The notes under the pieces were generated by a model. The model was not told the origin of the DNA. It did no database searches and saw only the letters and a list, made by a program, of their open reading frames with translations. From Massalongia carnosa (Eukaryota), in contig OZ287085.1 of the NCBI GenBank assembly GCA_965645245.1, positions 930,001-994,000 on the forward strand: 64,000 nt of DNA. The letters are read 5' to 3'. The position numbers were made by a program, and so were the translations under genes. Positions 11,236 to 23,091 of the stretch are shown in pieces; positions within the stretch are counted from its first letter, which is position 1; each line of letters starts with the position of its first letter.

Positions 11236-14200
11236 TCAATCAATCTTTGTTAAACTCTCCCGGGGTTTGGGTTTTTGTGGGTGCTCTCTATGATATTGAA
11301 GCACTTTATCCGGTGGATTCTTGAAGTCAGTCCACGATTGCCAGTAGGGATTTGCGTTCCATTCGTCCCAGTTTCCCACGAACGTGGCTTTGTATTGAAC
11401 TCCGAATTTTCTTGTCTCACGGCAGTCTACTACTTCTAGGACTTCCCATTCTTCATGTGATTCTTCCTCATCGTTTCCTGTTATCGAGATAGGTGGGCCT
11501 GGCGGAAGAACTTGTCCTGGGAAAGGGTCGGACGGCGCGAGGTGGAGTTTCCATGGATGGAAGATTGGTGTAAGCCCTACGTTCCTTAATTGGTCTAGAA
11601 TTTCTAGTTCGTATGCCTTATTATCGATAATTCTGATTATCTTCCATGGGCCTGCGTTTTTGAATCCTAGAGACCTGCTCGGGCGCTCGGATGCACAATG
11701 TTTAGCATTAACATATACTATGTCTCCTACCTTGTATTCTGGATGCGGCTGGCGATCTTTGTTCGCATGCTGCGCTTGTTCTTCTTGAGCCCATGCTAAC
11801 TGATCTCTTAGCCATGTTCGCATTGCTTTCTGACGTTCTATATTCTTATCGGCGTGTAATACTTCGGCCTTGCCTTTTTCTTCATAGTGTCCTGGTGGTT
11901 CTATCCCACTCCGCGGGTTAAAGCCGTGATCCGCGAAGAAAGGTGTCATCCCGGTTGAGACGTTTACGTGATTGTTGGCGGCGAATTCGGCCTCTGCTAG
12001 GTAATCTACCCAGTTGTCTTGAGTATAATTGACGTAGGCTCTGAGGTAATTCTTCATTACTTTGTTGGCGTTTTCTGTCTGACCGTCTGTCTCTGGATGA
12101 TGCGCTGACGAAAACTTGATTTTTATCCCGTATCTTTCGCAGACTCTTTTCCACAAGTGTGCTGTTAATTGACTTCCTCTATCATTAACCGTGGATATAG
12201 GAAACCCATAAGACGAGAATAATCTTCGAGCCATAGCATCCATTAAGTCGTCCGCAGAAAGAGATGTTAAAGGTTCGTATAAACGTCTTTTTGTAAAACG
12301 ATCTATGACTACCAATATGTGCTGATATACTCTATTTCGTCTGCGGCATTCGGGAAGGAATTCGACGAAGTCCAATGAAACATCTGTCCATTTTCTGTTC
12401 GGTATAGGAAGAGGATTCAATAAACCTTGCTTTTTATCGTTATACGCTTTGGACCTTCGGCCGACAGAGCAGTTCACCGCATATCGTTTGCAATGATTTT
12501 TCATTTCAAACCAGAAGTAGTTTTCTCTCATGATTTGATACATGCTTTTATATCCTGGATGGCCTTGTAAGGACGGTTCTTGATGTTTCTTTAAAAGATA
12601 TAACTGTAAGGGCTCATGGTTTGGGATATATAATCTTCCCTTGACATATAGCTTGTGCTCTTCCAGCTTAAGGTCTCCCATGGCTAGCTTTATCCCTCTT
12701 TTTATGAGGTTTAGTGGGAGTTTTCTTAATTCCTTTCTTTTTGCTGATATTATGTCTTGGACTACTTCGTCTTTTTCATAAGCTTCTTTTATATGTTCTT
12801 CTAGAGATTTTTCTTCTAACTCTCTGCCTTCATTTGCGACGAGTTCTTGTTCATTGTCGGCCCTCTCTGTCCTTTCTGAGATGTCCTCTTCGGTGGTTTC
12901 GCTTTGATTATCTTGATCTTCGTTCTCGTCGTTGATACTGGTGTTTGCTGTATTTGTACAAAAAACCACGGATAACGCTTTTCGTACGTCATCGTCTAAT
13001 TGATCCTCTTGCAACAATGTTTGAAATTGATGTTGCTGACGACTATCTTCCAATCCCTTTGGAAGATCTTGAGACCGGCGGGTTAATGTGTCTGGTTTCT
13101 CACCTTGTTTTCCTGGCCGATACGTGATCTTGAAATTGAATTCCGATAGGAATTCCGCCCATCTGGCTTGCCTACGGTTCAGTTGCTTTGTTGTCATGAA
13201 GTGTTCCAAGTTCTTATGATCCGTGTAAACCTTTACTGCTTTATCTGGGGCTGCACTGGCAATCTCGGGTCGCCAGACCTCAAAGCTTTTTACGATGGCT
13301 AAGAGTTCTTTGTCGTATATCATATAATTACAGTCGGCGGGTGTCATCTTTTTAGAGAAGTAAGCCACCGGTTTCAATACTCCATCGTGCATCTGAGAGA
13401 GGACCCCGGCGCTGACGAAATCTGAGGAATCCGTCTCTACCCAGGTCTCTAAAGCAGGGTCATAATGTGCTAACACTAGTGCTGTAGTGAATGCCTCCTT
13501 CAAATCCTCAAAGGCTCTCTGACAGTCCTCTGACCAAATAAATGTATTATACTTGGTTCGTTTCTATCCCGACTTTGTGGTAATTTGCTCGCCTTTGGTT
13601 AGTTCAGTTAATGATCTTGTTCTTTGCGAGAATCTTGATATAAATCTCCGATAGAAATTCGCAAAACCTAAGAATGCTTGTACGTCTTTTACGGATTCTG
13701 GTGTTGCCCATTTTAAAACCGCTTCGATTTTTTCGGGATCCATTTTTATTCCATCGGGGGTGACTATCAGTCCGAGATACTTTACTTCCGTCACTGAGAA
13801 TTCACATTTGTCGATGTCGACTTGAAGTCCTCGTTCTTGCAATCTCTTTAGAACCTTTAAAACTTGTCCCGAATGTTCCTCTTCATTTCCGCTATAAATC
13901 AAGACGTCATCTAAATATGCCGTGCAAAAGATGTCCAGATATTCTCGAACGGTATCGTTTATAAAGCTCTGAAAGGTTCCCGGAGCATTGCATAAACCAA
14001 AGGGCATTACTAGATACTCGAATTGGCCGTATCTTGTATTAAACGCGGTGAGCCATTCATGACCCTCTTTTATTCTCATACGATTGAATGCGGAGATAAC
14101 ATCTAGCTTCGTGAACTTCTTGGCTTGTGAAAGCTTTCCGAGAGTCTCAAATGGAATAGGATATCGATTTTTTATTGTGATCGAATTCAAGGCACGGTAG

Positions 14201-15240
14201 TCTACGCAAAACCTCAGTCCCCCTCCAGGTTTTCTAACCAACAGGACCGGAGCAGCTGCACTCGAGGAGCTCGGGCGGATGAAATCTTTTCCTAGATGTT
14301 CATCGATATATTTCTTCACCGCTTCCATTTCTTGTTCGGACATAGGTTTGTAATTTCATACATAAGGAGGTTTTTTTCCTTCTTCGAGGTTTATTTGATG
14401 ATCCTCCTTTCGATTCTTGGGTAATTCGTCAGCTTTATGTTTCATGAAGACTTCTATCACGCTGTGATATGCCGCGGGAACTCTTTTCAATAGCTCCTCG
14501 CGAGTGTACTCGGGTTTCCCTTTCATGAACTTGTCGTAATCTCCTGATGTTACAGCCCCTGTGGTTGTCGCACAACAGGCTTTTGTCTTCTCTTGAGGAA
14601 TCCACAGATATCCTTCATGATCCTTCTTTTTAGCCATACGAAAGAAGTGCTTCGCGTTAACTGGGAGAACTTCTATGTCCCCCTTTGGCTCAATCCTGTC
14701 TTTGACCTTGCTACCTATGGCAAACTCGGTGCAAGTTATCCCACGTGTGAGACATCCTTTTTCTAAACAATCTGAAGAGTTGAACGTCATAGTTCGCTCT
14801 TTCCAGTTAATACTCGGGTTGTGGGTTTGTAGCCACCCATCCCCTAAAATAACTGAGTACGTATCAAGTTTTGCTAAATAGCACCGGACTTGTTCTTCAT
14901 GATCTCCGATCTTTACCTCGATCAGAGCAGCTTTGGTGAGAAGTTGGACTACTTCTCCGTTACCAAGAGTAAGTTTCACCTTCTTGTCCAGTTTGAAGGT
15001 GCTTAATATATGAATACGCGCAAAGGATTCGTCAATGAGTTCGGCTTCACTTCCATTATCGACAAGTAAACGGGTTTTAATCCCAGCTATGCTAGTTTTA
15101 AATACTAACTGCTTTGCTCTCGATTTTCTTTTCAGTATCGCGGACAGCACAAGTAGAGACCCTAACACTATTTATTTCAGCTTCACCGTTCTCATTAACA
15201 ACATCCCCCTCTGAGAGTCCTTGATCGCGATTTTGATCAA
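11236..15240 (-). pseudogene. Gypsy-2 pol (PR-RT-RH-IN-chromodomain) with in-frame stops
   Basis: ORF pieces 14356-15168 (LVDNGSE protease), 13564-14343 (FGLCNAP, YLDD) and 11236-13503 (ETDSS, DKELLAIV, integrase, chromodomain). Confidence 0.93.
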
Positions 15241-15243
15241 GGA

Positions 15244-16864
15244 CTAAGCTTTCCCCGAGTCCGATTCAGAACCGGAATCGGTTTCTATTGTTTTCATGGT
15301 GTTGAGTTTCCTCTTTTTGTGCTGAGGACAGATTGAATCGCTTCCCCGATGTCCCGATCCCCTGCAAGCCCAGCATTTACCCTGAGGACAGGGTTTCCCG
15401 ATCGTCGTTCATCAGTTTCTTTGGATTCGGGTCTGGATCGTACCAAGCACCTGTCCAACCTGTTGGTTTCACGATCGTCGGGGCGGGTTTGGTGCTCGGG
15501 CGATCCTTGGTTTTCTTGATTTGATGAGAGGGGGAGTATGAAGACTTTCCCTTAGTTGATTGTCCTCCCAAGAAGTTGCTCCCTTTGCCGGCGTTCTTTG
15601 ACGGGAGTTGTTTCTCGGGGCGAGGGAAGTGTTGGGCGACATCCTTTCGGCGATCCTCGATTCTCCGAGCCTCGTCCAATAGGAGACGGAATTCCGTGAA
15701 GACCGAACCCATCAACGAGCTGGAGATGCTCGATTTCAATGTCACGAGGAATTTCTCGATTCTCTCGTCGACAGGGGTCTTCGCCTTTTGCCAGAGCTTG
15801 AAAATGCGGTGATAGTACTCGCTCACGCTCTCGCCTCCTTTCATGGTAATGGCGATCAGTTCCTTCTTGGCATCTCGGCTTTGCAGATGAATCCCCATGT
15901 AATGTTCGATTTCCTCGAACAAGGCGTCGCTAGTGAGGGAATCCCCCGTGTCGGCTACCCAAGAATGCATGGCTCCAAAGATCGGAGCCTCCATGTGTGA
16001 CAACGCATATCCGACCTTCTCGCTCTCATCGGCATACAATGGTGAGTCAGTTTTCAATTTGTTTCGAATAGAATAAGCCCATGGGCTATATTCTTCAGGG
16101 TCCTCGCCTCTCAGGGGCTTACTAGGTTTGATCCCCCGGGGACGCCAGTTCTGGGGATTCGATGCAGTGTTTTGGGTATCAACAGTATCTTCTCGTTGAT
16201 AGCGGGGATTATTCTCCGCGGCTCTGCGAACGAGCGTTTCCTCCTCTTCTTGCAATCTATCTTTGGCTGACAGAGCCTGTTCCAAGTCTATCTCCTTATG
16301 CGATAGTTCCTCTTGAGCAAGAAGAAGTTGATGTTCCCCTTCTTCTATTTCGGTTACAAAACACTCCGCTTGTTGCTTGTATCGCCTGTTTATTCTCTTT
16401 TCCGCGATGAGTTTCTCGTCGGCATCTCGAAGAGAGAGATACTTCTCATAAAGCGTTTTATCATATTCGATTGCCTTGGAAATGAACTCGTACCAAGGAG
16501 GACCCTCTCTGTCATCCGAGATCACATCTCGAAATTCTTCGAATTTGCGGACTCTATATCTCATTGGTTGTACCATTGCCCCTTTCTCATAATATGGATG
16601 CTCCGAGATGTTTATCTCGCGAGACAACTCCCTATCCTTGCCCAATCCCGTCCTAGGGTTATCATTCGGTGCCGCTTCAATCGTCGGCATTGTTCGTTTG
16701 TCTGAAGAGAGTTCGGGGTCCTCGAACGCTCCTGGCAAGCTATTGCTTGATCGGACTGAGTGGCGGGATAAGGAACGTGAGCGGGTTTTAAAAGCTGGGC
16801 CAGTATTGTTGTCCCCTCGAGGGGCTCCGCCTTTTCTGGCTGTCATGGGGGGTTTCGAACTCAT
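15244..16864 (-). pseudogene. Gypsy-2 gag with a frameshift before the zinc knuckle
   Basis: Gag core ESVSEYYHRIFKLW. Knuckle CWACRGSGHRGSDSIC lies in a shifted frame near 15330-15380. Ends SGKA-stop at 15244. Confidence 0.85.
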
Positions 16865-17699
16865 GGCAGCGTTCTGGAATGGAGATCGGTTCGGATACAC
16901 ACGAGCGATCAGTCTTGAATCTACTAGAACGGGTCTTTACCCAACTTGAAATTTTCTGGAAATTATCAATCGGATCCGCACGATTGATTGATCTGGAAGA
17001 TGCTGAAACAGGCTTTCACCCTATCTGGAAATTGTCTGGAACGGGTGTCTGCCCCAAGAGAGTTCTGATAAGATGGTAGATAAATTGTGTAAGGAAGCTG
17101 TCGTCGATTCTAATCAACCGCTATTAAACCAAAATTTATCTACAAAGAGGAAAAGAGAAATTACTGTGCGCCCTTGACGAAGATATTATCACTGTGGGCC
17201 GCGCTAGTGCACATGCTCCCGTGATCCCCCTTTCCCTCATAACTGGCGCTAAGCATGTTCATTGAACTTCCTAAGCCCTATGTTAGGCTAGGACCCTGAC
17301 ATCGGGTAACCCAACCCGTCGGTTTTGGGTCGGGTTATTGGGTCGGGTTGGACTCCCTCGACGGGTTGGGGTTTTTTATGCGGGTTTCCGGGTTAAACCG
17401 TTCAACCCAGTCAGTTCTTCTGCAAATTAAATATAAAAATTCGACTAAAATATAACGTTTGAAGTGATAAAAATTTTTCTTACTAATCATCATTTCTTGA
17501 TAACTAATTTTGAGAATTTTCAGAATTTTCAAATGTTTTGATTTGATTTGATTTGATTATTCTTACGCCGTTGTGTCACCGGCCGAAGGCCGGCCCATGC
17601 GGGAGATGCTATATAAGCTATGTACTAAGTAGAAAACCCAAAGGTGAAAAACTACTCCTGCGTATCCTCTTCATCAGGGGTTCGCCGCTCCCGCGGATT

Positions 17700-19294
17700 G
17701 ATTCCTGTATCTCGAAAATCTGCGATACCTGTTTTGCAAACTGAAGAGAGACTGCCTGGCTGCTGTTCAAGCAGTTGCGTGGCAATGGAGTACTGCGTTA
17801 AAATACCTGTGCGCATAAGCCACGCGGTTACTACTTTGAGAGCTTTGGGTTCGGTGTTTAGCTTAGGTTAAGAATTCTATTTGTGATCCCGTCCGGACCG
17901 GGTGCCTTGTCTGGTTTCGGCCTACGAAGCGCTGCCGCCACTTCTTCTTTCGTGATCAGGATGGGGCAGTCTGGGGTTTGCGGGTACGTGTATCCTACCA
18001 TGTCGCTAAGATCTGCGTCCGGGGGTAGGGGGAAGAAAGATTTCTTAAGCATTTTCGCTTTCTCTTCGAAGTTATTGGCTATCGTATCATGGTCCTGGGT
18101 TGTGGCCAGGGCGGGCATTTTTGGGATTTCTCTGGGGGCGTCACTTTTGTTTTTACCCCACTTTGCTAGACGGAAGAGTCCGGATTGGGAAGTTGTGATT
18201 GTGGCTATTTGCTGTTTGAAGCAGAGATTTTTTGCTTTACCGATAATTTTTTGTTTCTTATCGTTTGCTTTAAAGTAGTTTTTCCAATCCGCTAGGTTTC
18301 TTTCCGCGGTCCAGATTCTTCGTAGCCTACGAGTCTCTCTTGTTGCGTCGTCGCATTCCTTATTCCAAAAGGATTCCGCCTCCGGGCTTGGTCTGGCCAT
18401 GGTACTGCTTTATCTACGATTTCCTTGAGGTAATCCTGGATTTCCTTGGTATATTGATCAATTTCCTCGATGCTGTGCGGCATGCGTGGTGCGGGGGTTC
18501 TTTTCTCGATTTCTTTTACCTTGTCCGTGTTTAGAAGTTTCCAGGCCCTTTCGTGGGAGCTTTGTCAGGGGTTCGCAGGAGAGCCGCAGTCTCGTTGAAA
18601 TCGGTATGTGATCGGAATCTTGATTCATCTCCGGGACCGTGGTGCAGTGTTCCAATCTCTCCGTTAAAGCTTCTGTCATGAAAACTAGATCAATGGTGCT
18701 GGTCGAGTTTCTTGCTTCTCATGTAATTGTTCCTCTTGGAAGTGTGAGAGAGAGATTTTTGTTTTCTATAATCTCCAGCAGTTGTTCGGACGCCTCGTGC
18801 TGTCCTCGTACCCCTGCTCCACCCCAGTATGGGTGATGAAGATTGTAGTCTCCTAGAAGAATATGCTCTCCGGGGTCTTCTAGTTGGTGTAATACGGTCG
18901 ATAGGGTGGATTGGCTAGTTATCGAGGAAGTGGATAAGGGCGATGGATTGTATACGTTGTGTATGTGAATCATTTTTGTTCCGTTTCCGATTTTTACTTT
19001 TATTTTCAATGTGCTCATATCCTTTGACGGGTATTCCACTTCCCAGCTTTCTGGGTCTATTTTCTTATTGATATAAAAGCAAACTCGCGTGTCGCCCCCT
19101 GGTTTATAAAGAAGATGGAACCCACTTTGATAGGGGTTAAGAAGAAGGGACGTCGTAGGGTTTTTCCACGGTTCTTGAATAGCTATGATGTCGAAATCCT
19201 GTGTTCTTTTATCTGACAGCAAGGTAATCAGTGTGCCTTTTGCACTTTTCCTGACATTGTACTGCAGTATCGTAAGGGTTTCTGTGTTCTTCAT
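17700..19294 (-). pseudogene. LINE ORF2: endonuclease and pre-RT region fused directly to the C-terminal tail
   Basis: LQYNVRKS, IAIQEPW, GDYNLHHPYW, SDHIPI and KAPGPDGI motifs, followed directly by the C-terminal-like LMRTGILTQYS. Stops and frameshifts present. Confidence 0.88.
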
Positions 19295-20760
19295 AGCATT
19301 CTTTCGTTGAATTGTATCTCGTTGGTGTTTCTTGCTCTAGTCATCGGACGTCCTCTTTTCGGTTTAGCGAAGACCGACTCTCTGTTTTCTGGGTTCATTA
19401 TTTTTGCCCTCGTCGACCCCCATTCTTCCCTTCCTCGTAGAATCCTCCGTTCTTGTGCTTCTTGTGGCGATAACGAGCGCGATCGAGTGACTCTCAGTTC
19501 TCTAATTGATCTCGCACTTTCTTTTCTCTTACTTATCGTCTTCGTGGTTTCTGTCATTTCCACTTCGTTTTCCGCCTCTTCTCCTTCCTGCGGTTCCACC
19601 TCATTGGTGATGTGTGTCGATGGGAACTCGTTTTGTGAGGCGTCGGTGGGTTTGTTTGATTGGTCTTGTTGATTCCCATGACCTACTTCGGTTTCGTCCT
19701 CGACTACGACTTCCATACGCTCCCCCTGCGCTTGACTGAGGATTGCCTTATTTCCGTTGGGTGGGGGCTGCACTGCGTACAAGCGCCGGCGTGATTCTCT
19801 TGTGATTTCCGTGCGGTGTTTTTTCTCTTTCCTGATTTGGCATTCCGCTGCCCACGCTGGGTGTCCCTTGTCCCCGCACACTGCGCATCGTAGGGACCTT
19901 CCGATTCTGCTGCATGGGCAGTTTCTGCTGTCGTGCCTTCCGACGCAGTACCCGCAGACGGTGGGATTTTTGCAAAACTTCGCGATGTGTCCGTATTGCT
20001 GACAATTGAAGCATTGCGTGAGCTTGCAGCCGGCTTCGAAGAGCTCGCATGTTTTTATTTCCCCTTCGTCCGCCAGTCCTACGAGGATCAAACGATTGGC
20101 CATTTCCGCAGTTTCTACCTCGATGTGTAACGAGGCGTAGCGCTTCTTTTGTTTGCGGGCTCTGGCGCTCCAGACTACTCGCTTGATTTTCAGTCCTTCA
20201 TGCAATCCTGCGTTTTCCTTTGTCAAGTATTCCAATGCTTTCGCTTGCTTTGACCCTCTCACTTCGTTCATTTTTACTCCGTGAGCTAGAATTGCATAGC
20301 CTTCTTTGCGTATCGTCGCTGATGCAGCAACTCTCTTTATCTATTCCGAGTGTGCTTGCAAGGTTTCCTTGACTTCCGGTGTTTTTACGTGAATTTTTAG
20401 ATCTCCACTTGGTAGTCGTCTGATGCCCGTCACCTCTTCGTTGGAGACTCGTAGGGCGTCTACTATTTTCTTTGTGGTCTTTTTACCTAATGCTTCCTGC
20501 TCCTTGGGGTCTTCTATTCTCACAATGATTCCCTTCATTTTTCTCTTCTCTGTGTGGGTGTTTTCCTCGTTGAGGCCTTGATTCTTCACTTCGGTTTCCT
20601 GTCCGCTTTTACGCTTTCCTGCTGCGACCGCCGCGTAGCTGAGAGCCTTGCCGTTATTCTCGCCCTGTTTTTCTATCTTCTTCAATCTTTGCTGAATATC
20701 CTGCAATGTATCTTGAAAATTTTCCTGCGTCGACGCGTCGAGAGCGTCGCGTTCCGATGA
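19291..20760 (-). pseudogene. LINE ORF1 (gag-like, zinc knuckles)
   Basis: RRLPSGDLKIH, QCFNCQQYGHIAKFC, CGYCVGRHDSRNC, CAVCGDKGHPAWAAEC. In-frame stops at 20341 and ~20297. ATGA overlap with ORF2 at 19291-19294. Confidence 0.88.
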
Positions 20761-23091
20761 AGTTTTTTCTATGAACTTAACAAGATCGAGGATCCAACGC
20801 CTCGACTCCGGCTACAATCACATCTGCTCTTTCCAGAAATTCTCATGCTTTGTATTGGAATTTGCCGAGATACCTGAATATTTGCGACCGAGGTTCTTTT
20901 GCCTCCTGCTTACTAATTTCTAGATTAGGCAATCATATGCTATATGTGAAAAGCTTCAGATATCGGCACGACTTCGGCAACTACGAGGAGGCAAAGGTAT
21001 GCAGCAAAAATGCTACATTTCAGAGGCAATTCAGCTGTTCATGATCACTGGATGTCTCGGTGTCTCCGGTCAGCAATAAGGTGTATTTTGCCCAGCTGAA
21101 AAGGTTCAAAGGAAGCAGGTTCATGCAATTGATATAGGCCGAGATGGAGACCCTGAAGCAGTATAAAGAGTTGGTGATTCCTCATGTAATTTAGCTATTC
21201 AGTCGTTCAGAATTCCGTTCAGCAGATAGCTAAATTTGGAGTATTTTCGCTGGAAATACGGAGTACCTGCATCACGTTTGCCAAGCACTTCTCTTTACCT
21301 ATCCTTGATAGCCCTAGACCCTCTTCTCCTGCATCCCGCTGCCGTATGTCTGGTTGATTTTTTGTTCAACACTTTGCTTGTTAGCTCGTGAGTTTCACTT
21401 ATCTCTTGCCCTTGGGCGTCGACACTCGTTGTCGTATTCATTTTTCTCGAGTTTCTTCAAATGTTTTTAAAACGTCTAAAAAACACGTTTAAAATTGACA
21501 TAAAAAATCTACCTGGTCAAACGAGTTACCCGGGAACGGTTCCCCAACCCAGCAGGTTGAGCCCTACAGGTTCCCCAACCCGGTAGCGAGTCGGGTTCGA
21601 CTAGTCAAATCCCGACCCAACCCGACCCGTTGCGCGGTGTAATACGGATGGCGCTAGAAGGATACGTGATCGCCTACGGCGGTTGCGGGATTAACTAGCA
21701 TGAGCCAGGCCGTAACCGTACGACCGAGGTAAATCAGATTGACCGCACCAGGAGCTACGCTCCAGGTGCGGCTCACCTCCATGACGCTATCATCTCCATG
21801 ACGCATTTCTCAAACTATTCACATTATATCCATTGATTGACCCTTTCAAAATGAAGTTATTCAAAATCAAAGGCTGACATTCATCTATCCAGCTTTCGGC
21901 CTTTTTACCCACCAAGCCAAACCGTTTAGCTATCGCTTTTCCATAGAGAAATATTTTCTTTTGTCTAGCCGTCTCAGTACGCTTTTGACAACCCTCCTCC
22001 CTTTCCACCTCTTCTTGGGTACGATGTAGGTGATTGTGCCTCACATCTCGAACGGTAACGATTCTTCCCTTCTGAAAAACGGTACCAGCAAGCTTTTTTC
22101 GGGCCCTTTTAGCTAATGCAGCTGTGTGTGTATGTGGCTTGCAAGTCGCGTTGCGTCAAATCTAGTAAATTAGCGTTTGCAACCGACCCTTCGATAAAAC
22201 GTCGCATTCTTTCTGGAGTAATTTCTTCATTATTATTCATTTGCTGAATAATGTTTTCCCCTTCCTTAGCAACATCTTTGGGCTTTTTAGGGGTATGAGG
22301 TAAGATTATTGTCTCTAAAGACGATGTTAGTAGTGGTGGTAATGCCGTATTTAAAGCACGAAATTTGGTCAAGACTACCTCCGGATTGTAAGGTATCAAC
22401 CCAGTTTTTTCCCAGGATAATTTGATAGTAGATGATTTGAATGCCTTTGTACATAATTGATTGAATGCGGCCAGAAAATCCAGACGATTGAAGTCAACGT
22501 CACCCAACCGAATGGCGTTGTCAACCGCTTCAGCATGATAATGTTCCATTGGCTGAAAAATACCAACATCCAATGGCTGCGTCAAATGGGTTGAATGGGG
22601 GGGGTAATCTGAATAAATAGACATTATTTTCTTTCGAATATTCCTAAAATTCATACGTTAGATGAGATCTATATCCATCCAACAAAAGAATCCTAAACGC
22701 TCCTTTTTGAACCTTCTTTGAATGAGCATTAAAATGCTTTAACCACTCAAATGCTAGAGAATCATTCAAATAGCCGCTATGGCTTGTAGTCAACACGATA
22801 TCATTTTTCAAATCATTCTCTTAGGCCCATTTGTGAAGAATTTTGACCCCGTTCAAAATTAAAAAGGATAGAACGCTTCCACAAACTCTATTGATGTATT
22901 CGACCGAAGTTATATAGTCTCGATTGTCTGGATCAGCGATCATAATTTGTTTATGTGACAATAGTGTCACAACCAAATGGGTTACCCCACAGCCCACTCG
23001 AAAGCCTGTCTCATCCCTATTCCATATATTATCTGGAGTTATACGAAGAATGGCTACAGTCGATTGAAATGAAGAGAAATAAGTTTAAATG

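Larger units (their letters stand above)
10905..17301 (-). mobile_element. Full-length Ty3/Gypsy chromovirus (Gypsy-2), ORFs disrupted
   Basis: 214-bp LTRs at 10905-11118 and 17088-17301 (about 4 substitutions). 5-bp TSD TCGGG. Poly-G PPT on the minus strand at ~11122-11131. Confidence 0.96.
17540..21455 (-). mobile_element. Tad1-like LINE, internally deleted (RT domain missing)
   Basis: 12-bp TSD TTCAAATGTTTT (17528-17539 and 21456-21467). (TCAAA)n 3' tail and a 3' stem-loop ggccgaaggcc. ORF1 with CCHC knuckles; ORF2 with APE endonuclease. Confidence 0.9.
10871..21641. mobile_element. Non-autonomous hAT-type element (~440 bp when reconstructed) split by Gypsy-2 and the LINE
   Basis: Left terminus tacgcgcgcaacggg, right terminus cccgttgcgcggtgta. 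aacccg subterminal repeats continue across the Gypsy-2 TSD and the LINE TSD. No matching 8-bp TSD, so the pairing of the two ends is inferred. Confidence 0.6.
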
